DNA of 64,000 nt, taken from assembly GCA_951406725.2 (NCBI GenBank), contig OX597826.1:6696001-6760000 (forward strand). Direction: 5' to 3'. The notes under the pieces are model-generated. The model was not told where the DNA came from. It saw only the letters and a program-made list of their open reading frames with translations, and made no database searches. A program made the translations under genes and the position numbers. This document shows, piece by piece, positions 26,780-40,546 of the stretch (its first letter is position 1; each line of letters opens with the position of its first letter). This DNA is from Octopus vulgaris. Its lineage: Eukaryota.

Positions 26780-26972
26780 GTTAGCACGCGGGCAAAATGA
26801 TAAACGGTATTTCGTCCGTCTGTATGATCTGAGTCCAATTTCAGCCGAGGTCGACTTTGAGTGATATCTTTTCGGGGTTGATAATATAAATATCAGTTGA
26901 ATAACGGGGTCAAAGTAAGCGACTTACTCCATCGCCAGAAATTGCTGGCCTTGTGCCAAAATGTGAAACCAA
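26780..26972 (+). mobile_element. SINE family B, diverged copy (tail type 2)
   Basis: gttagcacgc...gccgaggtcgacttt...ttcggggttgataa...gaaattgctggccttgtgccaaaatgtgaaacc. Confidence 0.8.
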
Positions 26973-27199
26973 ATTTCTATTGCTGCATTTTATCAAAACC
27001 TTCCCAGAGAAAACTATGAGTAGCATGTGATGAAAGTGAGTACATCAAATACTGGAGAATGTTACTCTTGGTTGTGTACATTAAATTAACAAAGCAGGCT
27101 CTGCCTATATTTAAATAAACGAAAATACATTTACAAGTTTCCGCTTTTGGATTTGGTTTGCAAATTTCTTTATATGAGTGTATGTGTTGAAGCATATTC

Positions 27200-27388
27200 T
27201 GTTGTGTCTGGGGAGAGTCATTTTCTTTTTGTGCCTTATAATTTAACACACTCACCGGTAAAATCTCCACTTATATATATATTTTTTTCATTTTAAGAAA
27301 TAAGAATTAAGAAATAAGTGGAAATTTTACCGGTGAGTGTGTTAAATTATAAGGCACAAAAAGAAAATAACTCTCCCTAGACACAACA
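27200..27388. repeat. 75-bp-arm inverted repeat with ~39-bp spacer
   Basis: 27200-27274 versus 27314-27388, about 3 mismatches. Confidence 0.92.
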
Positions 27389-27494
27389 AAATTTATAAGT
27401 TTGTCAGTCTTATATTCAGTCTTTGGGCGATCTTCTACCAACATCATCATAATGAAATATGGACAAAGTTACATTGACATTTACTAACCATTGA

Positions 27495-27591
27495 CGATGA
27501 TGATGATAATAATAATAATAGTAATAAAAATAATAATAATAATAACAACAACAACAACAACAACAACAACAATAATAATAATAATAATAAC

Positions 27592-27651
<60 letters not shown>
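27495..27651. repeat. (AAT)n/(AAC)n microsatellite
   Basis: Direct reading; source of the poly-L ORF. Confidence 0.95.
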
Positions 27652-27653
<2 letters not shown>

Positions 27654-28987
27654 ATTCGCTATAATCCTAAATACCCCACTCTTCACAGACATGCATATCG
27701 ATTTTAATCCATTGAATGTTTTTTTATGATGGACAACTACAAACGGAGGTGCCCTCAAATCAAAATGCTCATCCAACCGACATTTTTATCTTTAAATAAA
27801 ACTGAGAAGATATCCGAAGATTAATATATTGAGATAACAATAACGAATGATGAGCTTGTGTACAGCAAGAAATCCCTCCTAGAATGAGCCGCCTTTGGAA
27901 TTATTAAAGAAGTAAACTATAAAGCCAAATGCATATAAAATCTTAACCGTTATGGATATTTAACAGAGCTTGAAAAAAATAGAAAGCACTAGAAACACTC
28001 TATACGTGTATAGAGCACTCTCGAACACCGATTATAACATATACGCAAAAAAAAAAAAAGAATCAAACAAAACGCGCCTTGTACCCAAATCACACATAAA
28101 GTTTCACTAGCTTCTGTAGTGTAGTGAAGGCACGCAATAAAAAGGAAAATTTAAAAAAAATAATAAGACGGCTGTAATAACAGCGCTACAACAACAACAA
28201 CAATAAAAATAACAATAATAATATAACAACAAAAACAGTAATGATGATGATGATGATGAAGATGATGATGATGATGATGATTAATATGATGATGATTAAT
28301 ATGATGATGGTGACGATGACGATGATATCGAAAAGCTATAAGAAATTAAAGCGAGTTGTGATGGTTATCAACAGGTTATGAATATTAATGTGAAATCTAT
28401 TCATGATTTCCAAGGAACTCATTAATAACTAAAACGCCACCAATGAGTAATAAGCAATTTATTTTTATTTTTTTAAATATTTATTTAAATTTAGTTAATT
28501 TATTTCTTCATTTTTCCTTGTTTGTTTGTTTGTTGTTATCTCAAGTGTTCTTTTTATTATTTGTCTCTATTTCAACTCTAGCCCTCACCCCTTACTCATA
28601 TAAACACAACCACGCGAAAATCTTACTTTATAATCAATTTTCCTTAGAGATTATAAATATAGTTCAATATATTTAAATATCTTCTAGGAAAAATGGATCG
28701 AATTGAAACATGTGACACCAATGTATAAGCAAAAATAATATCAGCAACAACAACATAAAATATTGATAACAACAATGAAAAGAATTATGACGACGATGAT
28801 GATGATGATGATAATGAAAATAATGATATCGCTTATGACAATGATGATGCGAGCTTTAAAGTTATTCATGACCGCAATGATGATAGTGTTGATGGTATAT
28901 TAAGTAGCTAATAACAACAATAAAGAAAATATATTAAGCGAAAGGTATTAATATTGAAGATGCATTTTATATTTCATTTGTCGTATG

Positions 28988-29063
<76 letters not shown>

Positions 29064-29367
29064 GTATTTTGATATTTTATATATTTCTTTACAGTGTTTC
29101 CTTTCCTTCTTTGAATTATGGAATCTGAACCTGGAAGAATATGTATGAGTTTTCATACGGCATACACACAAAAAAGAAAAAAATACTGCCTTTATAATAT
29201 TTGTTTAATTTTCACATAAAATATTACTCTGGTTTAGTATCCAAATATTCTATGGATTAATTTTATTTACATATCTATTTTCTTCTGCCTTAACAAACAA
29301 TTGTGAGTACCTACCATATTTTTTTTTTAATAATTTGCATATATCCATCTATTTATTTCTATCTCAA

Positions 29368-29405
<38 letters not shown>

Positions 29406-29604
29406 ACTCTCTCCCTCTCTATATATATAAATAGAGAGAGGGAGAGAAAAGGGAAGATTTTACTCAGAACTGTTGATTCACTTCTGCGCCGCCCATCATT
29501 TTTTCTCGAGAATTCTTCTGTTTCTAAAAATCATGTATATATTTTATGCATACATATTTTACACACACACACACACACACATACACACACACACATATAT
29601 ATAT

Positions 29605-29814
29605 ACTCTTTTACTCTTTTACTTGTTTCAGTCATTTGACTGCGGCCATGCTGGAGCATCGCCTTTAGTCGAGCAAATCGACCCTGGGACTTATTCTTTG
29701 TAAACCCAGTACTTATTATATCGGTCTCTTTTGCCGAACCGCTAAGTGACGGGGACGTAAACACACCAGCATCGGTTGTCAAGCAATGCTAGGGGGACAA
29801 ACACAGACACACAA

Positions 29815-29849
<35 letters not shown>

Positions 29850-29933
29850 CATATATATACGACAGGCGTCTTTCAGTTTCCGTCTACCAAATCCACTCAC
29901 AAGGTATTGGTCGGCCACTTACCACACAGCCAC
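29605..29933 (-). mobile_element. SINE family A copy with a deletion in the head
   Basis: Reverse complement of 2665-3070; jumps from ggtcggcc to acttaccacacagccac. Confidence 0.9.
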
Positions 29934-29949
29934 AATATGCGCACACACA

Positions 29950-30081
<132 letters not shown>

Positions 30082-30499
30082 ACACAGTCATAATTGTATA
30101 GGGCAGAAAAGAATAAAAGGCAAATTAGACCTCACTGTGAGTTGAAACTGCAATGTACAATATTGCAACACATTTGGCTGATATTCCAACGATTCTGTTA
30201 GTTATGTGAGGAATAATGTTTTATAATGTTTTATGTTACAATGATATAAAATTCTGTTTGCAAAATTAGTATTCATTTTATAAATTTACATGAGCAGAAA
30301 AAAATTTATAACAATTACATTAAAATAATTTTATCTATACTTTTATAATTTTATCTATATTTGCTAACATTACCTATGGTATCAGAAGTATGGTTTTAAA
30401 CTTACCTGTTAGTTGAAAAATATACATACTTTTATTAGTAACAATTGCCGAAATTGTTTGTAACAGTGCAAAGTCGAGATACAGGGAACATAAGAATGC

Positions 30500-31150
30500 A
30501 AAAGGCGCTTTCAATCAAGGAAAATATATCCATTCAAAATATAAAGGAACATGCCTAAAGAGTTAAAAATAAATAGATCGAACAAGAAATGTGTCCCACA
30601 GAATAGAGGGGCAAAGACAAAAGATTCGAAATGACCTTTACACCATGTCGGATATTTATAAAAATCCAGTTTTTTCCCTCAGGTTTTGTCACACTACCAC
30701 AGCTACATAATGTTAGACACTCGAACAACGTCATTTTTTACTCCTCTCACATAATTGTTTCGATAAATAATTGAAGGGCAGTACTTGTTTATGTGCCCTC
30801 AACTACGTTTTCAAATTGTACTAGCAATTTGAGAAGAGAATATTTTGAAGGCAAAGCTCTTTTTCCCAGATGACAGCTGCATTTCCAAGCAATTTCCGTT
30901 GCTATAGTCACCAGACAAAAGAAGACAAACAATTATTAAAGAGTAAGGAAAGAGGTGGATTGATATTCACGAAGGAATTTTCTGAGCAATTCAATATCAA
31001 CTGAAAATTCCTCAATACTTGGGACATAAAATAAAGCATAGCGTTCTCTCTGGAGACTCCGTGACCACCGAGACGAAACACCCAGTTGGGGATATAGCTT
31101 AAAATCCAGAGATCAACTGGTGTTATCAATGATATATTGGGAGAATTCTC
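30500..31150 (-). pseudogene. Highly decayed LINE reverse-transcriptase remnant
   Basis: Minus-strand fragments PLSLLFNNCL followed by WK..., resembling the PL..LFN.CL...WK.A motif before the RT domain; many stops. Confidence 0.35.
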
Positions 31151-32964
31151 TCAATATATTGCGATAAACAATCTAATATACTATAAGAAAACGGAGAATA
31201 CTAATTCTATTTGTATCACAATAAGAAAATAAGAAATGTTTTACTATAAATAGAATTTAAACGAAGACATATTAACATAAAATAAGTATAAGAAGTACCC
31301 ACACGTGTTTTAATCTGGTCACTGTAAACGGTGCTGCGGATGGTTCGAACCATGTTAAGAGCTTCAGATGTAAAACAATAACAAAGGGACCAGATATCTT
31401 CAGGACAGTCTCGTACAAAAGGCTAATGCTTACATATTTTTTGACAGGAATTGAAGTTGGTGGTGAAAAACTCACTAGATAAAATGGAAGAGGACCACAT
31501 ATTCATATGTTAAGTATCTACTTAATGGAGACATTAGTTTTCTAGAAATGTAAGAGGGGACACTGAGGAAGTAATAGGGGGTGGTATTAGCTTATCAAAA
31601 GGTTCTAGAACGGTATTAGGGATGTGACAAATAGACGGATATGCGTTTTGGGGGACATTATGCAATGATTTAAGAGAATATATAAAGGGTAAGAGGTTGT
31701 GAGGGACATTATGCGATTAGGGTAATATATACTGAAGACGTTAAGTAAAAATATTGAATTAAAGAGAAAACATAATAAATAGGGAGAGATAAGAAAATAG
31801 TTTGAAAAAGGGAAGAATATAGAGAGAAATAAAATTGATGGGTGAAAGAATAACAGAGTAAAATTTTAATTAATTGGAAGAAGTTATTAAAAAAATATTT
31901 GATTAGCAATATATAATATAAAATATTTGTGCAGTTTTTAATATTTTAAATTAATCGCTAACAAAGGTTAGGCTATATAGTATACTTAGGTGATTCTGAA
32001 ATCGGAATTTAATTAAAGGCGCACTCGTAAAGAGGCTTATATCTTTACTGGTTACTGTCAATTAATAGCGGAGGGTGTACATGTAAAATGAAATTTAATG
32101 ATACAGCTTTATCGTTCGATTGTGCAGAAAATGTTTCGTTATTTATTCTAAAGAAAGATTATTGATATTAGTATTATGTAGCATTTCAATACTCTAACAA
32201 ATACGTTCAATTTTGCAGAAAAAAACTATTAGATGGATAAAAAAATTCTAATATACTTTCTTCTCTGAGGAATTTAGCACATATAAACTATAGTAGTTTT
32301 TAAATAAAAATAACTGACAACTTATTCTAAAAAAACGTTACAATCCAAAACAACGGGTTATCTCCCTTTGTCTATTTAGGGGAACGAATTTGGATTAATT
32401 GACAGATGAAACAAATTTAGAAAGGGGTATGTCTGGGATATAAAGAATAATAATATTCATTTTGCAAGCGAAGCATAGTGCGGGTATGAATATAAATTAT
32501 GTTTATGATACAGCTACATGCACAGGCGCATGTACGTATACATAAATGCACATATAAATATACATAGGCATATGCATGTATGACATTTTATACACATATG
32601 CGAGTAAATTTAGAATAGATTCAGGTAGAAAAATTAAATATTAAAGAGCCGAATAACATTATGGGAATAACAATATGGGTAATAAGTATGTCTCTGATGA
32701 GAAATGGTATCAAGTGTGTGTTACTAAATAATATTTAGAGTGTATATAAGTAATACTTATTGTGCGATTGGAACATTGAAAGGCAGATTTATATTTACAA
32801 ATGTGATTACGGTGGAACCTATAAATCCTTAAAAATCTTTTCAAATGTTTCAGACCGAAATCTGCGGCCATTCTGGGGCACCACAGTTGTATAACCAGAA
32901 TTGTTAGGACTATATAGAATATATTGTATTATATTATTATATATATACATATACTTATATACAT

Positions 32965-33022
<58 letters not shown>

Positions 33023-33026
<4 letters not shown>

Positions 33027-33192
33027 GCCATCATACATCGTTAGCCACTACACATTTTTTCTCTCCTTGCTTTTTTCTGTGTCCCTTGCTGTAGAAGAAA
33101 CGTAAAAGACTTTTTCTATTCCTGAGCGTTATACACCTGTTTGTTTTGTACACCACCTGTCTTCATCCTTTTTTATTCGTAAACTCTCCCTA
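33023..33192 (+). mobile_element. Family C short PLE-like element, lacking the small hairpin
   Basis: Homologous to 43971-44163; reads ctgtagaaga|aacgta; (TA)n on both sides. Confidence 0.8.
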
Positions 33193-33204
33193 TATAATAT
33201 ATAT

Positions 33205-33308
<104 letters not shown>

Positions 33309-34063
33309 TATGTACAAGTATATATGTATATAACAAAAGAAAAATAACTTAATAAATATTTTCGAAATATTCAAATAGTCATGGTATTGGACTGAGAGAT
33401 GCATATGCACAGCATGTAGATTATTATAGGTGTGATAATATGCAGCAATAAAGGAACAAATTAGATTATAAATATGTGATATGATACCTGGTGTTTGCCT
33501 ATTTGAACAATAAGTGATTTATTTAAAAGCGAACACTTACTGTTACATTATTAAAAGTAAAGTTTGAATACATAAATGACATAAAAACAGAGGGCGCTCT
33601 CGATACAGACCAATTAATTGCACTGGTGGTATTTAATTAAAAAGAATGGTTTATGATGATGGTTAAAGGAAGTTTATAATAAGGTTGGCATAAGAAGCGT
33701 AATCTTTACATAATATATTTCGAAAAAAATTATGATTACTTTGATCATGTGGGTTAATGTTGAAGACGATGGAGTGATCTGGTGTCTTCGAATTTGGATT
33801 CATGAGCATGGAAATTTTGATATAAAGCTTGTGCAGTTTATAACTTTGTATATGTTATGTCAAATACTTTGAGATTAGAGGAAATTGAATATTTATGCCT
33901 TCCAGACAGGCTTAGCAAGTTGGGTAATTGTGCTTGATATGAAAATTGAAATATGATTAAAGTATATTTTACAAATACCTACGAGACATCTCTTCAGCCT
34001 ACACGACAAAACAAACATTTACATAATATCACGAATTTGCATACGCTCAGATACGTCTAAAGG

Positions 34064-34170
<107 letters not shown>

Positions 34171-34216
34171 TATATATAAATGCATACACACATATATACA
34201 TATATAAATACATGTA

Positions 34217-34259
<43 letters not shown>

Positions 34260-34479
34260 AGATATCTCTATATTAATGCAAATTATATAAATAGATATTT
34301 CGGTAGATTCATAGGCGGATAGATAGGTAGAGCAACATAGTGTTCTGTAATAAAACACACAATTATATATCCACACACATTTGCATTTACTTAAAATATA
34401 CGTACATGCATGTGTGTGCTTGTGTGTGCATATGTATGTACATATCTACATTTAGCTTGCATGTATATATGTGCGAGTA

Positions 34480-34517
<38 letters not shown>

Positions 34518-34749
34518 CACATATGTATTGACACACATAAATATGTGTGTGTCAAAACATGCAAATAAATATATACATACACACAAACATGCATACATAT
34601 ACACGCTCATATGTACATATTCGTGTTATCAATTATATTAGGAAACTATATTTCGATATTATGAAATATTTGCATATATTCAAATGTGCTAATATATGAA
34701 TACGTACGTTGTCTCAGTACCTATCTCTCTCACACACTTTGTGTGTGCG

Positions 34750-34786
<37 letters not shown>

Positions 34787-34899
34787 CTTTACATATATAT
34801 ATGCATGTACGTATTTATATGTATACATAGATAGATAGACAGATAGGTGGCTAGATATATAGATAGATAGATAGATAGATAGATACATACATACATACA

Positions 34900-34930
<31 letters not shown>

Positions 34931-35629
34931 TCTATTAATATTTTGTCTTAGCCGAATCAACTTATTGCTAAAGGCATCTTAAGTTAGATAACAACATCAG
35001 TTTTTGTAAAAAGTGCATCATTATGTGCGCTGCTGTAAAACTTTTCAAGAAATGTATGTCAAATACCATCGAAACTAACCGAACATCGGCTGATTTTGGA
35101 AAGGAATTCACATTTGGAAGTAATGCCCTGAACTGTGGTTCTTTGGATGGAAAGATGGAAAGGGTCTTCAAATTGAACCGATGAGGATTCCATTATACAG
35201 AGGAGTCGAAAAATTGATATACTAATTTGATGCACAGAGACAACTTCAAATATTTTGTTGAAGTGTTTATATGAACTCCACTGTTTGGTTCCTACTTAGT
35301 CTTAGTAATCAAGAAAGGATGGCAAGGAACCTAGATCCATGTAGGTTTTGAACTCACACGCTAAATGTTGCAATAACGTCAGCAAGACGTGTTGTATTTA
35401 ACGATTCTACCGGAGAAACATGCCTGCGAGAAACGCTTTATTGAAGACAAATTCAGGTAAATCAATCTAATAAAGATTACGCTATTAGTATCCACAAGAA
35501 GCTTTACTTTCTCATCGGGAGCCTTTGTTTCATTATAATGAGAGATACATATAATTCTCATACTTTTATTCCAGCAACAAACTGAGGAATGAAACTATAA
35601 AACGATTTAACCAGGATACTAGCATCATG

Positions 35630-35839
35630 CTTCAAATTTTGGCACAATCCAGTAAGTTAGGGTTGGGGTGTAAATCGATTACATCGACCTCAGTATTCAA
35701 GTGACACTTACTTGATCGACACCGAAAGGATGAAATGCAAAATCGACCTCGCCCGGAATTTGAAGAGAGAACGTATAGACGAGCGAAATACTGCTAAGCG
35801 TTTGGTTCAGCGTAATAACAATTCTACCAGCTTGCCGCC
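35630..35839 (-). mobile_element. SINE family B, diverged copy (tail type 2)
   Basis: Ends in ccagcttgccgcc (reverse complement of the head); contains ccgaaaggatgaaatgcaaaatcgacctcg. Confidence 0.8.
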
Positions 35840-36853
35840 TCAATGAAGTACATAATAATATTGACTAGAACTATTTCTGGTCTATATAAGGCTAAACTAT
35901 GGAATTAAAAGTACCTAAATGTCACTACAAGTCCTCAGTAGATAAAATTTGTCTTTATCCAACGAGCATTTAATTACCGTCAGTTATCGTTGTTGGTATG
36001 GTTTGGTAGTCTCGATGCAATTCTTTTGTTGTACCATGCTGCTATGAGTTCAGGTGAGGTTACGAGGAAGCAGGACAACTTCAAGTATCCACCCAGTCTC
36101 AGGTGTTATGCTAATATTCAAACAGTCTATTGTGAATCCTTCAGAGGATTTACGTTACCGAATTTATTTATGACGTTCAAACGTGTTTGTAGAAGCGGAT
36201 ATATTTGTGTATATTCCCAAGAATGAATATGTTGAATAAATGTTCCGTTTAAATAGTATTCCAATTTCGTACCGTCATACTTATCTATACTTTTATTGGT
36301 AACAGTAATTCCCATATGCTCATACTGGAAAAAGACCGTGCGTTTATCCTTCAAACTTTCATTCTGTGCTGTTTCATTTAAGTGAGTCTTCTGCTAAATT
36401 AGAAATTATACACAGTATGACGTCTGCGTAATTCAAAAGGTTTTGAAATATGCAGCACTAATTTAGCTTATATACTGAAGAACATACTACGCAAGTGGTC
36501 TCTACGAACTTATACGGTAAAAGAGAAGGGGAAAAAAGGCGGGTGTTTAGTAATGTTCAACTGGCGTCCGTTTCGGCAAGTTTCTTTACTTTTAATAGCG
36601 AATTTTCGTCCTAGTATCTTTTACCGCACCCTGCATTAAATGTCCTCACATATGTATCCTCTTTGTTCAAGAATTACCTTCGGAAAGATTTTAAATTCAT
36701 AGCTATAAACGGGTTGGATGTGTTTTAGTCTTATGGTAAATGAAGTTCAGAAGAATGCTGGTACTTTAGCCCCAAATATATGTCTCCGTTTCTCATAGTT
36801 TTGACGTCTTTAATTGTGTATGAACTTTTTATTTGTGAGAACAAGCCATGTAT

Positions 36854-36920
<67 letters not shown>

Positions 36921-37651
36921 GCACATGTATGTATATATTCCACTGATGGAGGCAAAGTATTACTCATGCAGAGCTAGAAATCCGGGATCTGGAATTATCC
37001 AGTAATTTTTTTTTTTTTTTTGCTAGTTTATTTTGTCACTTTGTCTTCTCTCCTGGTGCTGCATGAAAGTTTAATGTGGTTTCAGAGTCAAGTTTTGGCT
37101 GTTATTTCTAGAGTTCTGGCATCTCTTAGATACACTTAATTATAATTGTATATATATGTGCGTGTATATATATATATATATATACACACATATAGGTAGA
37201 TAGACAGATAGATAATAGATAAATTGATACATACGTACGTATGTACAAACGAACATACATACATATCAACATATATACACGCAAACAAACCAACATGAAT
37301 ATAAATACATCTTTTGTGGAATGTGAATATATGAAGTGTTGCATCTGTTGCCATTTCTATTGTGTTTAGATTGCTCGTGGAAATTTTGCCGACAGCATTT
37401 TGTCTGCTGTTTTAGAGTCATTTGTTTTGTATTATATGTAGTGTTCTTTGTTTTCGTATGGAAATGCTGTGAAAGAACTCTCAAACATCAAATAATACGT
37501 ATGTATATATTATAAGATCGTACGTGGCTTTGCTTTCTTTAATGAACCATCGTTATGTGACATGAATGTAGTAGAAGTTTTGTATATAGTTCACAGCAAT
37601 GCATATAATTATGTTAATATTTCAGTGTTTCATACGTCGATAACATAGCCC

Positions 37652-37820
37652 AATCGTTAGCACACCATCTTTAAGTTCTGAGTTCAAATTCCGCCGAGAT
37701 CGACTTTGCTTTTCATCTTTTCGGGCGACGATAGAAATTACTACCAGGGGAATACTGAGGTCGAGATAATCGACACGCCCTCTCAACCTAAAATGCTGGC
37801 TTTGCATCACAGTTTAAAAC
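37652..37820 (+). mobile_element. SINE family B, partial copy
   Basis: ttctgagttcaaattccgccgagatcgactttgcttttcatcttttcggg. Confidence 0.8.
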
Positions 37821-38092
37821 TGATATCTCTGTGGCAGAATCGTTTGTACGCCGGGCGGATTGTTTAAGTACCAGTTAAGAACTTGTTTGATGTTATCAAC
37901 ATACCAATCCCCCGAATACTTATGAAGTATACATTTTTTGCTTTTTGGTAGTTGTCGCTTAACATTTCAATAGCTACTGTTTTCTATAAGAAGCATTATC
38001 AGTAAGTCATTGAACTACCGCATAGTAAAGTTGTGTTTAACTAGCATGGCTTTCATAGGCATTCAAACACTTAAAGGTAACAAATTCCCTAT

Positions 38093-38320
38093 ACTCTCTT
38101 TACTCTTTTACTTGTTTCAGTCATTTGACTGCGGCCATGCTGGAGCACCGCCTTTAGTCGAGCAAATCGACCCCAGGACTTATTCTTTATAAGCCTGGTA
38201 CTTATTCTGTCGGTCTCTTTTTGCCGAACTGATAGATACGGGGACGTAAACACACCAGCATTGGTTGTCAAATGATGTTGGTGGGAGAAACACAGACACA
38301 CAAACATATCCACGCACACA

Positions 38321-38398
<78 letters not shown>

Positions 38399-38564
38399 CA
38401 TATATACGACGAGCTTATTTCAGTTTCCGTCTACCAAATCTACTCACAAGGCTTTGGTCGGCCACAGGCTATAGTAGAAGACACTTGCCGAAGGAGCCAC
38501 GCAGTGGGACTGAACGCGGAACCATGTGGTTGATAAGCAAGCTACTTACCGCACAGCCACTCCT
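38093..38564 (-). mobile_element. SINE family A, near full length with expanded internal (TA)n
   Basis: Reverse complement of 2665-3070. Confidence 0.9.
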
Positions 38565-39545
38565 AATACTTGTAAAGTCGAATGTATATTATGAACTTGA
38601 ATAGTTAGCATAATATAAAGCTACCAAGACAGCAACTAATATCTAACTACCATCAATATGAAGACAAATAGGCATTAAGGACATTTGAGATTCGGAAAAA
38701 GAGTTACTATTCTGACGGAATTCAAATTAGTGGCACTACCATTCTAACAACTGCTGGATACATATAATATATTATGCATATTGCAGGCACAATTCAAAAG
38801 CGGATAGTCAAAGTCTATGGAACACATCCATATAGAAACTAAAAAATAACTTAGAAAAAATAAAAGATGGCTTGACTAAATGAAAGAAAAGGCAAAAGAA
38901 AGTGGAAAGAATAGGAAATGGATAGGTCTACATGTTCAACTTTTAGTGTATATGACTCATCATCATAATTGATATATTGCAAGATGCCAAAATATAAAGA
39001 CAGCTGGATTACGTGAGCTTAAGGTGATTATCCTGGTAGACACCTCGCTGAAAATTGATGTGTGCCTCACACACACACATACGCACACATACACACACTC
39101 ACACACACAGACATCCATGCACATATACACAGCCACGAATACATATATATTAATTCGATGTATGTTTGTATGCATATACGTAAATACATATGCATATACT
39201 TATATGTGTGTCTGTGTATATATACATAGATATATATATATTTGTGTACGTGGGTTTGTGTGTTGCAGTGTGTGTGTGAGTGTGTGTGCGTACGCACGTG
39301 AATTTTCGTCTGTTTCTATTTCGGTTGAAGTTTCTGTAAGTCGAGCGATTCATGAAATAAGAATTTCCGTAAGGAATGAATTTAAGACTTAAATTAATAT
39401 GTAAATAAAAAAGAAACAATTCACATCTTTCGCCCTTAAATATATACTATTCATATGTTTTGTACGACACACACACCCATATATATATACGCACATACAC
39501 ACATACAAATATTTCCAGACATCCATACATATATATATGTATATA

Positions 39546-39584
<39 letters not shown>

Positions 39585-39589
<5 letters not shown>

Positions 39590-39803
39590 TATATCCAAAC
39601 AAGAAAATCCAAACAAGAAAGCACAAAAAAACACAACAACGCGAGGACGTGGAACAAATATAGTATTATTGGACGCTCAGGAAAGGAGAAAAGAAGGGAG
39701 TTAAAAGTTTCGAGCGGATCTCTTCGTCGGAAACATAGAAGGAAAGATCCAGAGAAAGGAAGACAGAGGGGAAAAAATCGCCAACGCTACACAGGCGGTA
39801 ACT
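39585..39803 (-). mobile_element. Divergent relative of family C
   Basis: Shares acgctcagga...tttcgagc..ctctt with 11477-11660; reverse-complement core CCGACGA-a-GAG-atccg-CTC-GAAAC; abuts (TA)n. Confidence 0.6.
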
Positions 39804-40315
39804 AAAAGGGAGGAGCAGTATCCTATTCCATTAGGGTCCGGGTATTCATTAAGAATTCGTCTCAGCGCCATATGACTTTCAGCTAAAGGAATGTAGTATG
39901 GGTCAACATCATCAGATTTTTGCAGACGCGGAAGAGAGAATTTAAAGGGGAAATTAATATGGCTTCTTGAGTGTGATATTTACGTCTCTTTTTGTTACGT
40001 ATGTTTACATGGTTGCTTCACCTAACGCTGTTGAAAATTCCTCATAGTTTTGAAGGTAACTTATTTTTCTCATTTTTATCTGCGTTCTACTGAGTGCCAT
40101 GTCTCAGCGACATCATTTGTTGACGATGGATAGTGAATATTACAGGGCCAACGTAGAGATGGTTTCAGTCGTCGTAATATATTATGTGCTACTATTACAC
40201 AGCAATATTTATCACGTTGGAAGGTAACCAATATGATAGTGTTAGGATACAAATGATTTTGCATGAACGACATGCGTTTTCGTAGACAGTAATGTCTACT
40301 GCTTGCTTGGATACC

Positions 40316-40546
40316 TATTTCTTTCCTACCCACAAGGGGCTAAACACAGAGAGGACAAACAAGGACAGACAAACGGATTAAGTCGATTACATCGACCCCA
40401 GTGCGAAACTGGTACTTATTTAATCGACCCCGAAAGAATGAAAGGCAAAGTCGACCTCGGCGGAATTTGAACTCAGAACGTAAAGGCAGACGAAATACCG
40501 CTAAGCATTTCGCCCGGTGTGCTAACGACTCTGCCAGCTCGCCGCC
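40316..40546 (-). mobile_element. SINE family B (tRNA head, Meta-like domain), full-length well-conserved copy (tail type 1)
   Basis: Reverse complement ggcggcgagctggcagag...ctGAGTTCAAATTCCgccgaggtcgactttgcctttcattctttcggggtcgattaaataagtaccag; the central part resembles the MetaSINE domain (from memory). Confidence 0.9.

Noticed and set aside
30400-30420. Minus-strand tttttcaactaacag|gtaagt, a possible recursive splice site
   Set aside because: By a rough base-composition estimate one CAGGTAAGT is not unexpected by chance in 64 kb on two strands, and no host gene is established
34971-35184. Kinase-like HLKLDN...ADFG peptide
   Set aside because: The spacing is far too long for a catalytic loop to DFG motif, and no other kinase motifs are present
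36620-36633. Match to the DD37D TIR tip (ccgcaccctg)
   Set aside because: Only about 11 bp, with no partner end or transposase remnant found
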